Below, piece by piece: positions 47,895 to 62,887 of a DNA stretch of 64,000 nucleotides. The stretch comes from Phyllosticta citribraziliensis. Lineage: Eukaryota. How positions within the stretch are numbered: position 1 is the stretch's first letter; every line of letters starts with the position of its first letter. Position numbers and translations under genes: made by a program. The DNA lies in contig NW_027117348.1 of assembly GCF_038025025.1 (NCBI RefSeq), forward strand, positions 372,001 through 436,000, in the 5' to 3' direction. Under the pieces are notes generated by a model that had not been told where the DNA came from, did not search any database, and saw only the letters and a program-made list of their open reading frames with translations.

Positions 47895-49976
47895 CTACAA
47901 GAGGAGAAGCAGAGGGCCGAGAAGGAACGTGGGCCAGTCCGCCCACCCGCGTGCCGCAATGTGGTGGGACGCCGCACCCGTGAACATTGCCGGTGAAGAT
48001 GACGCCGCGCCCGGAGTCGAGGCCGACGGGGTAAAGGTGCCGCCCGGCGTGGTCGGAGTGCTCGAGGTCGGAGTGCTCGAGGTCGGAGTGCTCGAGGTCG
48101 GAGTGCTCGAGCTCGGAGCGGTCGAGTCCGTCGAGGAAGAATCCGTCACGGCGAGACTGCCCGGGCCGCCGGGGAAGCTGAGTTCCGAGGAGGTGCTCGA
48201 CGTAGTGGGCGTCTCGACGACCACTGTAGTCATGTCCCCGAGGCTTGTCGGCGAAAGCGTCGTGGTCGTGGTGTCGCTGCCGGGCGTGCCAATAGTCGTC
48301 GTGCAGATGGATCCGTCGGCGGGTGTGTTGATGATGAGGGAAATCGTTCCTCCAAGCGTCAAAGGCAAAATGGTCGAAGTGCTGGGGGTGGGGCCGCAGT
48401 ACCCTTGAGTTGAAGTCACCGTCGGTCCATTCGTGGGCGTTACTACCACGACCGTTGTCGTCTCTCCGCTCGTTGCTGGCGTCAATGTGGTCGTGGTGGC
48501 CTGGGTGCCGGGGCCAGGGGTGAGCGAAGTGCAAGAGTCGCCCGAGGCCGGCGTACCGATAAGCAAAGTGGTCAAATCTCCAAGCAGTCCGGGCAGGATG
48601 ATGGAGCTGATCGTCAGAGAGCCGCAGATTCCGGCCGTGACCGTGACCATGCCGCCAGCCGGCGTGGACGTCGTCAGGGGCGTTTCTACGACGACCGTCG
48701 TTGGCCCACCGCTCGTCAGGGGCAATAAAGTGGTCGTCGTGGGATCAGCGGCTCCGGGCGTACCAATCGTGGACGTAACCACGTCGCCGCCGGATTGAGA
48801 GGGTTCGACGACGACGACAGTAGTCGGATCGCTGGGGTTGAGGGGCGTCAGAGTGGAAGTGATGGGGTTGGCGACGCCTGGAGTTTCCGTGGTCGATGTC
48901 ACGATGTTTCCACTAGATTGAGAAGGCAATTCTACGACGACAGTAGTGGGATCACTCGGGTTGAGCGGCGTCAAAGTCGTGGTAGACGGCTCGGCGGTGC
49001 CGGGAGTTTCAGTAGTGGACGTAACGATGTTCCCGCTCGACTGAGATGGCAATTCCACGACGACAGTAGTGGGATCACTCGGGTTGAGCGGTGTCAAAGT
49101 GGTCGTAGAGGTGAATTCGCCCTCGTAATCGGTAGTTTCGGTAAGAATAAGTCCGCCAGGGGTCGGGAGTTCGACGAGGACAGTGGTAGGGTCTCCACTG
49201 ACTAGCGGGGACAAAGTTGTAGTGAGAGTCACGCCGCCCGAGTAGTACAGGGTGGTGGTCACCAAGCCGCCGCTCGAGAGTGCAGTCGAGGGCAATGCGG
49301 CTCCAGAGCATCCGCTTCCCGCCAGCAACACGGTGGCCGTGACGGGCTCGGGGCCGCAGTTTGTGCAAGTGGTGACATATGTCGAATAACAAGCAGGAAG
49401 GCCAGTCACAGTCTGTGTGATAGTTTGGGTAACGAAGGACACGACGTTGGAGCACTGGCTCTCGCTGGCGAGGGGCGAGGTGAAGGTGGCAGGAGGAAGA
49501 GGTCCTCCAGGGGTGAGAGAGCCAGTTGGAGACTCTACGGGTCCAATGGGGACGGTCAGAGTCGTGTAAACGCCAATTACGGTCGTCGTGAAGCCTGGAG
49601 GAAGAGTGCCAGGCGCCGGGGACCCGCCGATGGTCTCGGTCACGGTATATGTGACGGGCTGCAAGACTCCCGAAGACAGCGTTTGATAGACGGTGGTGTA
49701 GATGGTTGTCGAAGCGGTCGACGGCGTCTCGGTGCACGTCGTTTGCGTTGTAGTCGTCGTTTCAGTGCTTCCAGGCAGCGTGGCAGTGCTGACCAAGAAA
49801 GAGGCCTCATCTCCTCCCACGGTGTAGGTGCTGCTTCCGATGACCGTGGCTGTAGGAAGCGTCACCACCGTCGTCTCGCAACACGTGCTTGTCGAATCGG
49901 TACCAACGTTTGAGGCATCTTGTGGTATGGCCTCGACGGCCAAGGGGAGTAGCGCTGCCAGCCAGAAGGAGTGCAT
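47895..49976 (-). CDS. Thr/Ser-rich GPI-anchored cell-wall mucin/adhesin-like protein
   Basis: Signal MHSFWLAALLPLAVEA is followed by a Cys-containing N-terminal region. It has ~40-aa repeats (TTTLTPLNPSDPTTVVVELPSQSSGNIVTSTTETPG) and PTSST x4 (15-bp repeat, ~48052-48111). The C-terminal FTGAAS...FLLGPLLLLL is a GPI-type signal. Confidence 0.88.
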   Translation of the reverse strand: MHSFWLAALLPLAVEAIPQDASNVGTDSTSTCCETTVVTLPTATVIGSSTYTVGGDEASFLVSTATLPGSTETTTTTQTTCTETPSTASTTIYTTVYQTLSSGVLQPVTYTVTETIGGSPAPGTLPPGFTTTVIGVYTTLTVPIGPVESPTGSLTPGGPLPPATFTSPLASESQCSNVVSFVTQTITQTVTGLPACYSTYVTTCTNCGPEPVTATVLLAGSGCSGAALPSTALSSGGLVTTTLYYSGGVTLTTTLSPLVSGDPTTVLVELPTPGGLILTETTDYEGEFTSTTTLTPLNPSDPTTVVVELPSQSSGNIVTSTTETPGTAEPSTTTLTPLNPSDPTTVVVELPSQSSGNIVTSTTETPGVANPITSTLTPLNPSDPTTVVVVEPSQSGGDVVTSTIGTPGAADPTTTTLLPLTSGGPTTVVVETPLTTSTPAGGMVTVTAGICGSLTISSIILPGLLGDLTTLLIGTPASGDSCTSLTPGPGTQATTTTLTPATSGETTTVVVVTPTNGPTVTSTQGYCGPTPSTSTILPLTLGGTISLIINTPADGSICTTTIGTPGSDTTTTTLSPTSLGDMTTVVVETPTTSSTSSELSFPGGPGSLAVTDSSSTDSTAPSSSTPTSSTPTSSTPTSSTPTTPGGTFTPSASTPGAASSSPAMFTGAASHHIAARGWADWPTFLLGPLLLLL

Positions 49977-51899
49977 GGCTTCAACAGGCCGCAAAAAGCC
50001 GCAGAAATGTGCAGCAACAAAAGTGAGTGTCGACTTGGTTTGCCGTCTGAAGATGGGAATTCAACGGTTAAGTCTTGTCCTCGGCAGCCAGGAAAGAGCC
50101 CCGGGCTGGCATTTGATCGTCCGTAGAAATGAGCCCAAATTCAGAAGCACCGCGTTCCAAAATGCGCCTCTGCGTCACTTCAACCACACGGGTTGAAATG
50201 GATTGGGAATTGGTCAGTCATTGCTCAAGAGACGTTTGCCTGGCACGGCAAACGGGGCCAACGCCGCACATTCAACAAACCACAGGGTCCGAATTCCTTG
50301 TTGCAAGAGGGCTGATCGGCATCAGGAATACGGAGGGCATGGTCTAGAGCCATGACGATAGCCTTGTGAAGCATTCAAACGGCCAGGCAAGCTTGCAGAC
50401 GAGCAGTCGACTCGTTGCAAAGCTTGTCGTGGAAAAGAAATCCCAAGCTCTTTCGTGCACCGTGTGCCAAGCAGATTCAATGCTGGGCAGCGCTTTTCAT
50501 GCAGAGCGCTCGCTTGCTCCGTCCGGCTGCAGGTTGCGGAGGCGAATTCCGCCATGTCATTCTCCATGGAGCAAAAAACAAACAAACAGACAGATCCAAG
50601 GAGGCATTCAAGCCTTACCGGCAATGGAAGAAAACGGGCGATCAAGTGCTTGAGTTGCAAGCCAGCGTCGGCGGCGCGTCAGGGTTGATCCGCAAGCTCG
50701 CTAACCATTGCATAATGTCCACGAGCGACAGGAATGGGTCGATATTCGGCATCGCTTTCGCCCTCTGCCAAATCCAACGAGCATGGACATTCGAGCGATT
50801 CTTCCATCGAAACTGGATTCCAGCATCTTCGATAAGATGCTCTGGCGAAGGTGCGCGAAATGGACCAGGCCCGAGTGGTGCGAATCGGACACGTGCGAAG
50901 ACCTGCTCAAGCGCATCGCCATTTCGCATGCCCTCAGCTTGGGAACGACACCATTATATAATGGGGTTTGAGAGGACGAGGCGAGTGTCGAGGTTCAGAA
51001 AAGTCGCGATGGAAGGAACAGGAAGTCCACCAGGAAGCCACGTGACTCTCTCCTCCGGGCACGTGCACTCGCGCTGGCTGTTGCCGACGCGTTCACAACT
51101 TCCTCAGTTTGGTGTGCGGACCACGTTCAAGTCAAGCGCGCGGATCTGCAATTCTCATCGAGTGTTCCCTGGGTTCCAGTCATTTTTCTTGTTGCTTCAG
51201 TCATATAACCCGCGTCAAACACGCACTTCCTCCCGCCATGTCTCCGCCGTCGGCACCACGAAATGGACAAACAAACGAAGTGCAGCCTTTGACTGGGCGT
51301 GACAGACTACACCCCGCCTCAATCGCCTCTGAGAACTCGACGTTGGCAACCTTCTTCTATGCTGATCAGCCTCGCATTCCCCACCAATCCAGAGACGGAT
51401 TGATCAAAGACGCGCACCGGTCAGTCGTCCCCGATAAGTGGTGGTCGGGAAATCCACGACCACACGATCAGAGATACCACATCGGCCGCATCATGGAGAC
51501 CGAGCTGGGATAGCAGCTTCACGGCGATGCCCGATGCATCCAGTGTAAGAATCGAGGCAGGGAATGCTGGGCGTACTCTGCAGTGGGAGTCACGCAGATT
51601 TCCAAGCCCGGCGAAGCTTGTGCTCGCTGTCGCTTCAAGGTCGGCTCCTGCAGTCTTAGTACGCGGCCCAAGGAGACAAAAAAGCGAAGGCGTGCAGGCT
51701 CTTCAATGCCGTATCGGCTGGATAGGGTCCCGAGACTGCTTGCTCCAAACCCTCCCGAAGAGACGTCTCAAACCACACGTAGTGAACCCTCTGTTGCCTG
51801 ACGCCCTTTTCTCGAGGATCGGGCACAGAATCGGGGCAAGCCGAACCAGCACTTTCCGGGGATGATACTCAGACAACTAGCCGCGATTCACTGTCTACT

Positions 51900-53499
51900 C
51901 AGCCTTCAACCTTGCAGCTGGTTGAAATCATCGAGCTTACTGATTCAAGCGACGACGAAATGCCAGTGCACTTGGAGTCTGATGTCGAAGAAATTAATCG
52001 CATCATCAGCTGCAGTGGCAAAGGAGAGGATGCTGAGGACACGCCGAGAAGCTCAGAAATGCAGAGTGTCGACTTTACGGTAAGTCCAAGTAAACGATGC
52101 TACCACTATAAAAGTTTGCTGAAGAGAGATGAAGCAGCGCAACGAACAAGGAGTAGCCGCTGGTCACTCCCAAAACGACAACGCATCACGCAACGTCAAT
52201 CTCCTAACAAGTGCGATCGACCATTCCAGCCCTCTCGAATGTGTTTTGGACAGATTTGAAAAGGACGAAGACCATATCACAGCAGCGGCGGCGGCAAGGG
52301 CAGCAGTGGCAGATTTTGGCGGGCCTGTTGTCAATCCTGCTACGTATGGTGCTGTATATGCCGCTACCATCTCCAATCTTCGGATTCTGCGAAACTCGCC
52401 ACAAGGTGGAACTCACACTGTCAAGGCATGAATGACGTGCGAAACGAGGCATGAGAAAACAGGAGAGACGAGCTTCTTTGGCAGATCACGCGGATTGCTA
52501 GCCCGCTCACCTGCCATCTCTTGAAAGCCACTCTCGTCAACCGAAAAAGGGATTGATTTAGTGACTTCGTCGACTTGAGCAAACTGAGCCCAGAAATTTG
52601 CCACCGAAGAAGCGGAGGACAAGAAAGGCCAAGGACCAATTCCGTCCATCAAGCTACGACGCTGTTGTCCTTTTCGCGGGCGTCTCGAAGACACATTTCG
52701 AAAGTCAAAACGAGAGGGTGGATTTTGTCATTTTCTAGAGACGTTTGAAGTTGTAGTAATGCCGAATATACCCCTTTCGGCGACCTGCATGGCTTGCTCG
52801 AATGGAACGAGACCTAAGCCCAATCTATTAATATTCAGGACAGGAATGTCGGCTTTTTCATCTCCCTGTTGATTTGTGGGATTGGTGTGCACTCACGCGC
52901 CCGCTTTGCTGTGGAATGCTTGGTCTCTCTCGTGACGCCGTCTTCTGGTGGATCAGTGTCCGCATCCCAAGGTCACCAGCCTGCAGGAACAAGACGAGAA
53001 AAAGAGAGCCAGGAGAGAAAGACGGGAACACCTCTTACCCGATAGTTCAGGCCGTTTGAAAGCAGGCACGTCCAAGCTTGTGAATCTTCCAGAGAAAAAG
53101 GGCACGAATTTAACGGCAAACTCGAGGAACGCAAAGGGTGGATTCAGTAAATTGTCAGTAACAAGGCCACGACGTTCGAAGTTGCGCAAAAGACCGCAAT
53201 TACCCCCTTTGATGAGCCGCATGTCTGGCCGACCTGAACAGAGTGACCTCAACAACAGGCTGTCCGCTTCGCGGAATCTTTCCAAAGAGGCAGAGAAAAC
53301 AGCAATGTTGGAGAAACACTACCGAGCGCCTGCGCTCACACAGATTCCAAACCACTCCTCGGATCCAACGACAGGCAAGCCCGAGAAGAAGCAAAATAAA
53401 GAGAAGGGGGTGGATTCAGTAACTTTACCGCCGTGTTTGAAGTTGTTCTCGAACCGCCGAATTTACCCCTTGTGGCGCGTCGCATGCGTGGACGCCTGA
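51900..53499 (+). CDS. Possible multi-exon orphan gene or decayed gene
   Basis: Protein-like fragments (LVEIIELTDSSDDE..., a GTAAGT donor at ~52080, a 183-aa K/R-rich ORF at 52948..53499), but no consistent model could be built. Confidence 0.25.
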
Positions 53500-53828
53500 A
53501 GCGTAGGAGACTGACGAGCTGAACCATTTCATTGCAATGAAGCTTTCATCTATGTCGCTTTCGACAACTTTCTATCTTATCAGGCACCAGTTTGTCCGGT
53601 GGATTGATGTTCTGTTTTCGAGCTACACCTTCGTCGTCAAAGAACAAGACAGTCACCAGTGCTCCGTCCTCTTCTCGTCTTGATTGTCGACAATCTCAGC
53701 CCGCGGAATTCCGCAACCTTCTAGCCCAACCCTCAGCCGGCTGTCGTCTTCTCAAACTTCCAATCGAAAAGTCGATGCCTGCACCGATTCGACCGCACCA
53801 TTGACCAGATCCCTCATTCTCAGCACCC

Positions 53829-55073
53829 TCACAGACACTGCGTCCCTGCCCTCAATGACTTCCCCGGCTGGGCGTGATCACTCAAAGACAAGACAATCTG
53901 AAGTGGTTCCTCCTCTTCATCATCGTCCTCTCTCCTCACCAAAACCTCGGCTTCCACCTCTCCCCCAAGCAAACAACCACTCTCCCCCGCAACCTCGACG
54001 ACCAAGCTTTCGGCCAACCCGACGCCGTTCAACCTCGCCGTCTTCTGCAGTGTGCCCAAGTTCCTCGCAACGGCGTGAATCACGGCCGGGGCGTCAGGTC
54101 TGAGCACATCAAGCGCCACTCTGCCACAGGCTCCTCCTCCATCGTCACTGCTGTTGCCACCACCACCGCCACATGGCAATACCAGCAAAAACTTTGTCCT
54201 GCTGCCACCGCTGTCGCGCGCCGCGGGCAGAAAGTCCTTGGCCACAGCCTGCATGAGAGGCATGCCATCTGCCACATATGGGCCCCAGGAAGTATAGCTC
54301 TCGAGCGCGCAGTTGCGCACGAGGCTGATCTGGAGATGGCGCAGCGTGGGGCCAGCGCAGCGTACCAAGGCGCCCAAGACCTCGGTGTAGCGCTCGAGCT
54401 CGGCGCCCCAGCGCGTCGCGAACACGCGCCGTTCGATCCACTTGTCGGGCACGTCGATGTTGACGCGGCGCAGCAGGGGAAAGTAGCGCGGGGACAGGAC
54501 GAACCGTGGCGTGCTGCTGCGCGAGCGCAACATGTTTGGAATGTGCACGACGCTAAAAGCGTTGCGACCGTATAGAATGGGTGCGGCTTCGAGGTGGATG
54601 CGGCGGCAGCTGGAGAGTAAAGAGGGCGTCAGGTGTCGTGCGTAATGCGTGCGTGGCAGGCCGCCGTCGGCGACGAGGAGGACCACGGATGGGTAGGTTA
54701 GCAGGTGGGCCCATATTTGACCGCGTATCTCTGGTGGTAGCTTTCTGAACAGGGGACTGGTATTTTGAGGGTCGACTGGCCCAGGGGCGAACAGTGGTGA
54801 TGGATCTTGGAGGTGCGCGGCGAGAGATTTTCGTTGCATTTGTGGTCTCGAATCGGATGACGGAGTGGCTCGATGTAATTCGCAGTAGGGCGAAGTATCG
54901 GGGCAGCATTTCGAATCGTGGTTGGACCAGGCGTTGCGGATTTCGCGCGCAATGTCGTAGGTATATCGAGGATCAACTGGGGCGCTTCGAAGGCTGGTGC
55001 TCGCAACGTGCGTGGGAGAGCTTTCCTCTGAAGATTGTTCCGAAAGCCCCGAACGAATTTTTTTCACGTCCAT
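53829..55073 (-). CDS. Fungal F-box-like motif protein (DUF7730-like)
   Basis: SPLFRKLPPEIRGQIWAHLL...SLLSSCRRIHLEAAPILYGRNAF is the typical LP.EIR..I / LL..CR.I..EA..ILY..N.F pattern. Confidence 0.75.
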   Translation of the reverse strand: MDVKKIRSGLSEQSSEESSPTHVASTSLRSAPVDPRYTYDIAREIRNAWSNHDSKCCPDTSPYCELHRATPSSDSRPQMQRKSLAAHLQDPSPLFAPGPVDPQNTSPLFRKLPPEIRGQIWAHLLTYPSVVLLVADGGLPRTHYARHLTPSLLSSCRRIHLEAAPILYGRNAFSVVHIPNMLRSRSSTPRFVLSPRYFPLLRRVNIDVPDKWIERRVFATRWGAELERYTEVLGALVRCAGPTLRHLQISLVRNCALESYTSWGPYVADGMPLMQAVAKDFLPAARDSGGSRTKFLLVLPCGGGGGNSSDDGGGACGRVALDVLRPDAPAVIHAVARNLGTLQKTARLNGVGLAESLVVEVAGESGCLLGGEVEAEVLVRREDDDEEEEPLQIVLSLSDHAQPGKSLRAGTQCL

Positions 55074-56127
55074 CGCAAGCTTTTGAGTTCCTGAAGATCT
55101 TGAAGACTGCCAATGTCAATGTTTCGGGATTTCAGCGACTAGATTGAGAACGACTTCGCAGTGGAGGCAGAAACGATGGGTTTGCCAACGACAAAACGCG
55201 ACGGCGAAACGGAACGAAGCAGTCAAATGATGAGCAGTGGTCGACCTGAAAGACGTAGCATATGTACCTGCCCGAGAAACAGCGCATTCAAACAAAGCAC
55301 CTTGAGGTCTTGATCTCGAGCACCTTGATGGCCCGGCCCCTCGACTCGAGCACTGTCAGACGGTCAGTGGCGTGTTGATACTCGTCCGATTCGCATGTCG
55401 CATGCGTTGTTCTAAACATTCTCTCGAAATTCACATTGGTGTCGTGGATGCATCTTCCCATGTACTCCTCATGGGTACTTGAGTGACTTGCGTCCGCGTA
55501 GAGCGCGTTGCGGCTTCACATTCAGGGCGGAAGATTATGCTACCAGCGGATGAGGAAGGGCTCCAACACCTCAGATTGTCTTTGCTTGCTGTCCAAAATT
55601 TCCGAGAGACAGTCTGTTTCTTTTCATCTCGTGTTTGAGAAGTCTTGGCATCGGTCCAAGGCACATTCGAGCCCGTACCATAGGACAGCAGTTCTGAAGG
55701 GAAAGCGAAGATCCAAGCTGCTGTTTGCTACTATGCATCTAAGGCGGTACTTGACCTGGGAGCCCGTTGCGAGATGATCTGAAGCCGTTTGGATGTATGT
55801 TTCGCTAGCCATTGAGTCTCATCACCGCAGCCGCGAGGCGTGGTCTGGAAAGATCCGCGGCTTGTCGAGTAGCGGAGACCCTAACCATCGAAGAAGTTTC
55901 GAACCACTTTTCGGGTGCCCAAAGCAAGTAATCATCCAAATCCAGTGTGCGGGATGAAAAGATGGCTGGCTGTTGCAGACGGGCATAGTGCGACAGTCTC
56001 ATCGCACCAACAGACTGCGAAACACTCCACGTGCACAAATTGGCGCAAAGACGAAGGAGAAAACCTTGATTCGTGACCCGCTCCATTGCGCCGCCCAAAT
56101 GCAAAAGGGAAAGCAAAGATTGTATCG

Positions 56128-56694
56128 TTATCCTTTGCGCGCGACTCTGTTGAGCTTGCGCGAGGTTTGAATCTGGCAAGAATTCGTCAGCCCCGACAAT
56201 ATTCCGCCACAAATGGCACCATGACACTCTCCCAAGATCAAGCAACCATTGTAGGCGACACGTACCTGCGACTTGGTGTTCTGTCCTCTCACTGGCAGAC
56301 TCATGGCGTGCCTCCTTCCCCTGTATGTGCCAATGTCCCTCAACCGTTGAATGTTCTCCTGCATTTGTCTGCGCAAGTCGTTTTCGATTTTGAGGGTGGA
56401 GAGGTAGGCATTGAGGTCGAGGACTTGCTGATTCTTGAGTTCCTGGACCCTCATGGTCTGGTGAAGGTTGAAGCGGGCCATGATCTGGCGCGACACCTGG
56501 GGGCCAATGCCATAGAAGGATTCGAGGGTTCTCTGTACGAGGTGCGCATTAGTGAAACGATTGGGACGGGCGTGGAGGCAGCTCTCTCAGACCTTGACGA
56601 GAAAGCCAGCTTCGAAGCTGTTGCCAAAGATGAAGACCTAGGCAGGGTAAGCGAGGGCCGTCACAGAGGCAGGGCCAGCGAGTGGACAAACCAT
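56128..56694 (-). CDS. SWS2: Mitochondrial small-subunit ribosomal protein uS13m; 4 exons
   Basis: Spliced product M|VFIFGNSFEAGFLVK|RTLESFYGIGPQVSRQIMARF...IGTYRGRRHAMSLPVRGQNTKSQ|IQTSRKLNRVARKG carries the S13 signature. Confidence 0.92.
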
Positions 56695-56949
56695 GGTGGG
56701 CGCGGAGCAGATGTCACGGATGTGGAGTTGAAGTGGTCGAGATCGAATAGGTTTGGGGTGGAACGCGCAAGGTCGGGGATTTTCGACCTCCGCGTCACGT
56801 GTGTCCAAGGCCGCGGTCCCTTGCCGTGGTGTTTCAAGGGCGTCGGAGCGCCCCGAGCTCGCCTCTGCGCTCCGCTGTGGCATAACTATCCACACCAACG
56901 GCCCCCTCCACCTCTTCTCCACCCTCCTCTCTCTGCAGTCGCCCTCATC

Positions 56950-58091
<1,142 letters not shown>

Positions 58092-58882
58092 GGGATGGGA
58101 GTGGATGGGATGTGGGTTGGCGGCAGGCGCTGGTAGCTAGCTAGTTGGCTCAAATATGTGTGGCGGCAGATCTAGTTGTTCTTGACGACTGCAATGCGTG
58201 CCTCGACGTGGAAACCAGTGGAAACCAGGGCATTCAAGCCGGCAGCATGTGATGGTGACAGGACGCGAGGCGAGGGCGGCGGATGGACGAGGCTGGCCGA
58301 CGGGATGGGAGGGAGTCGTCTGAAGACGCTGGACACCGTAGAACGTGTAGGAGTACCGACGGCGGAGCCCTGACCGATGAATGACAGTGCAATGAATCGA
58401 GCAGACGGCGATTCGCCACATGTGGGTGGTGGTGAGGTCAGCCGCTGTCAGTTTGGGCTTCAGGCGGGCCTAGTCCGCTTTGGGCTTTGGGTCGATTTCG
58501 CCTCCTGCAGCACAGATTTTGTCAAAAACTTCTGGAACCTCCGCTTCCTCTTCCCTCTCCTCCCACCTCCCCCCAACCCAACCAACTCTCCCCTCCATCA
58601 CACTCCACCCACCACCCCCAATAGACCACTTCCTTTGGCTTTTACTGCGTCTGTTTTCATTCGTCGTTTCTGCCTTTTCCCCGTCTAGAGGCCCGACACC
58701 TCTGCCACTCTCTCGTCGCACACGGTCCCAGCAGCGTTTCCGCCTGACGAGACCCTTCGACGACACATCTCCACGACGACGACGACCTCTTCGCCTTCGT
58801 CTCACCCCTCGAATCCGACCGACTCGCTTTCCGTCTACTCTTCCTCTTCGAGCCCAACCGACAGACAGCCCGTCTCACAATC

Positions 58883-61008
<2,126 letters not shown>

Positions 61009-62887
61009 ACAACACTTCCACCGCCCTGGTTGCAGAGTACATTAAGCCTCTTGTACTCTGCGCAACCATTCGCGAGGCCTTTTCCTTTTCCGTCTTTGCA
61101 TTTCTGCGTTGCACTGGACTCGGCAGTCCACACCGAAGGTTCGGAACTTGCTCTTCTCATACCCCGATCAGCATATAGATAGCGTTGACTTCTCTGCGGC
61201 ACCTCTTCATGAGCTTTTCTTCGAACCCGTCCATACAGGAGGAATGGCGCAGGCGTGTCAACGGCATGCTTTTTCTCGCGGAGGGACCCCTGGCATCGAC
61301 TGCTGGATACCCAAACCTCCGGAAGAAGACTTCGAGGAACCGCATATCACGACTCTTTCTCTGCTTCATCGAATGGTGCTGCGTTGGGGTAGCACGTGCG
61401 AATTAGACTCGGCCCTCTGGCCCTTCGGATGCCGACTCACTTTCCGGTTTATCTCTTTATTTCGTTCAACAAAATCGATCCGACAGCCCTGCATAGCCGG
61501 TCGCGTTTCTGCATTTGCCACGAACGACGGGATGGTGGGAAACATGAGCTTTCCTTCGGTCAGGTCATTTCTCTAATTTTCCGTCGTGCTGGGCACGTTT
61601 CGACAAAAAAGGCGTTCGTCGAGTTGGGTGAGGCATTCAAAAAACTGGGATAGACATGGGTACGGGACTTGCTGCGCTGCCTTTTCTGCATCAGAGAAGG
61701 CGTGGCGCGATGGGTTCTGAACTGAGAGAGAGTGCCTCCCTTGATACGTACACGACTGGATGGAGCGCTTCGTCGACCGGCGCGTCAGTCCGATTTATTC
61801 CCCAAGACTTTTCTTTCTTACGAGTTTCACGAAGGCGGACATACAAAGGCATTCGGGTGCCTGCGGTCTGCAAACGAGGGTTAATCGTGGAAAAGGGAAG
61901 ATATGGGAATGATGGGCTTCTTCAAAACAACAATCGGATCCTCCACAAAAATGCGAGCTAGTTAGTTTTTGTCTCCGTTGCGAGTCTGCTTATTCTGATG
62001 CGTTCTGAATTTCCTCGATCCACAATGCTCCCCTTTCTCGGCAGGGAGTTTTTCCTCTTCGCTGAATAGATCAATCGGATTTTCGCTTGCTTTGAATGTT
62101 GGTACTGAGGCCGTGAGACAGGCGTGACGCCGGTGACGGATTTGTCGAGACAGCCATTGACAAACAGGACAGACGCTGCGGCTGATGAAAAGAAGCTTTC
62201 CATGCTGCATCTCGCATCATGCAATTCCGGGTCAGTCAGACTGCCGGTGACGCACTTGCTTGGCCGACGTCACGTCGCGTGGCTGACTGCGCATCAAACC
62301 ATTCAAGACCTTTCTTTTGACTCGGGAAGCTTGGCTGCTCGACCCAGCGCGGCGGAGTCCCGTCTTCGCATGGCAGACGAACCAGCGGTCCAGACCGTCT
62401 GGTGTGGACGTCTCTGACATCATGTCATGGCGAGGCGAGTCGAGTCAGAATGGGAGGAAGAGCTGCTGCCGTTTGTCGGGAGATCTGCTGGTCGCTGGCT
62501 CATGATGCCGGCACGAGGCCACAGGCAATGAAGCAACGACGCACGGCGAGTGAGAAAAGGCAGGGGGGAAGGGGGAAAAGGTACGTGAATCACAAATGCG
62601 GGCGAGGCTTTTGCTGGGACTGATTCGTCGAGCAGTCTGCAAAGTCTGTTGCTCTGTGGCTCCCACTGAATCGGAAAAGCACGACATGCCTCCTCACACG
62701 AGAGGCGGCATACTGTCAAGTGTTTGGTTGCAAGACATTATGCTGGTTGGTATACAACAATTTGCAAAGATCGAAAGACGAAGAGGCAAACGGCAAGCTG
62801 TGCAAGAGTCGAGAGACAGAAATGCAACGACTTTCCTTCTCCGCATCCCCAACGACCCAGAAAACGGAAACCAATGGAGCAGGCCAT

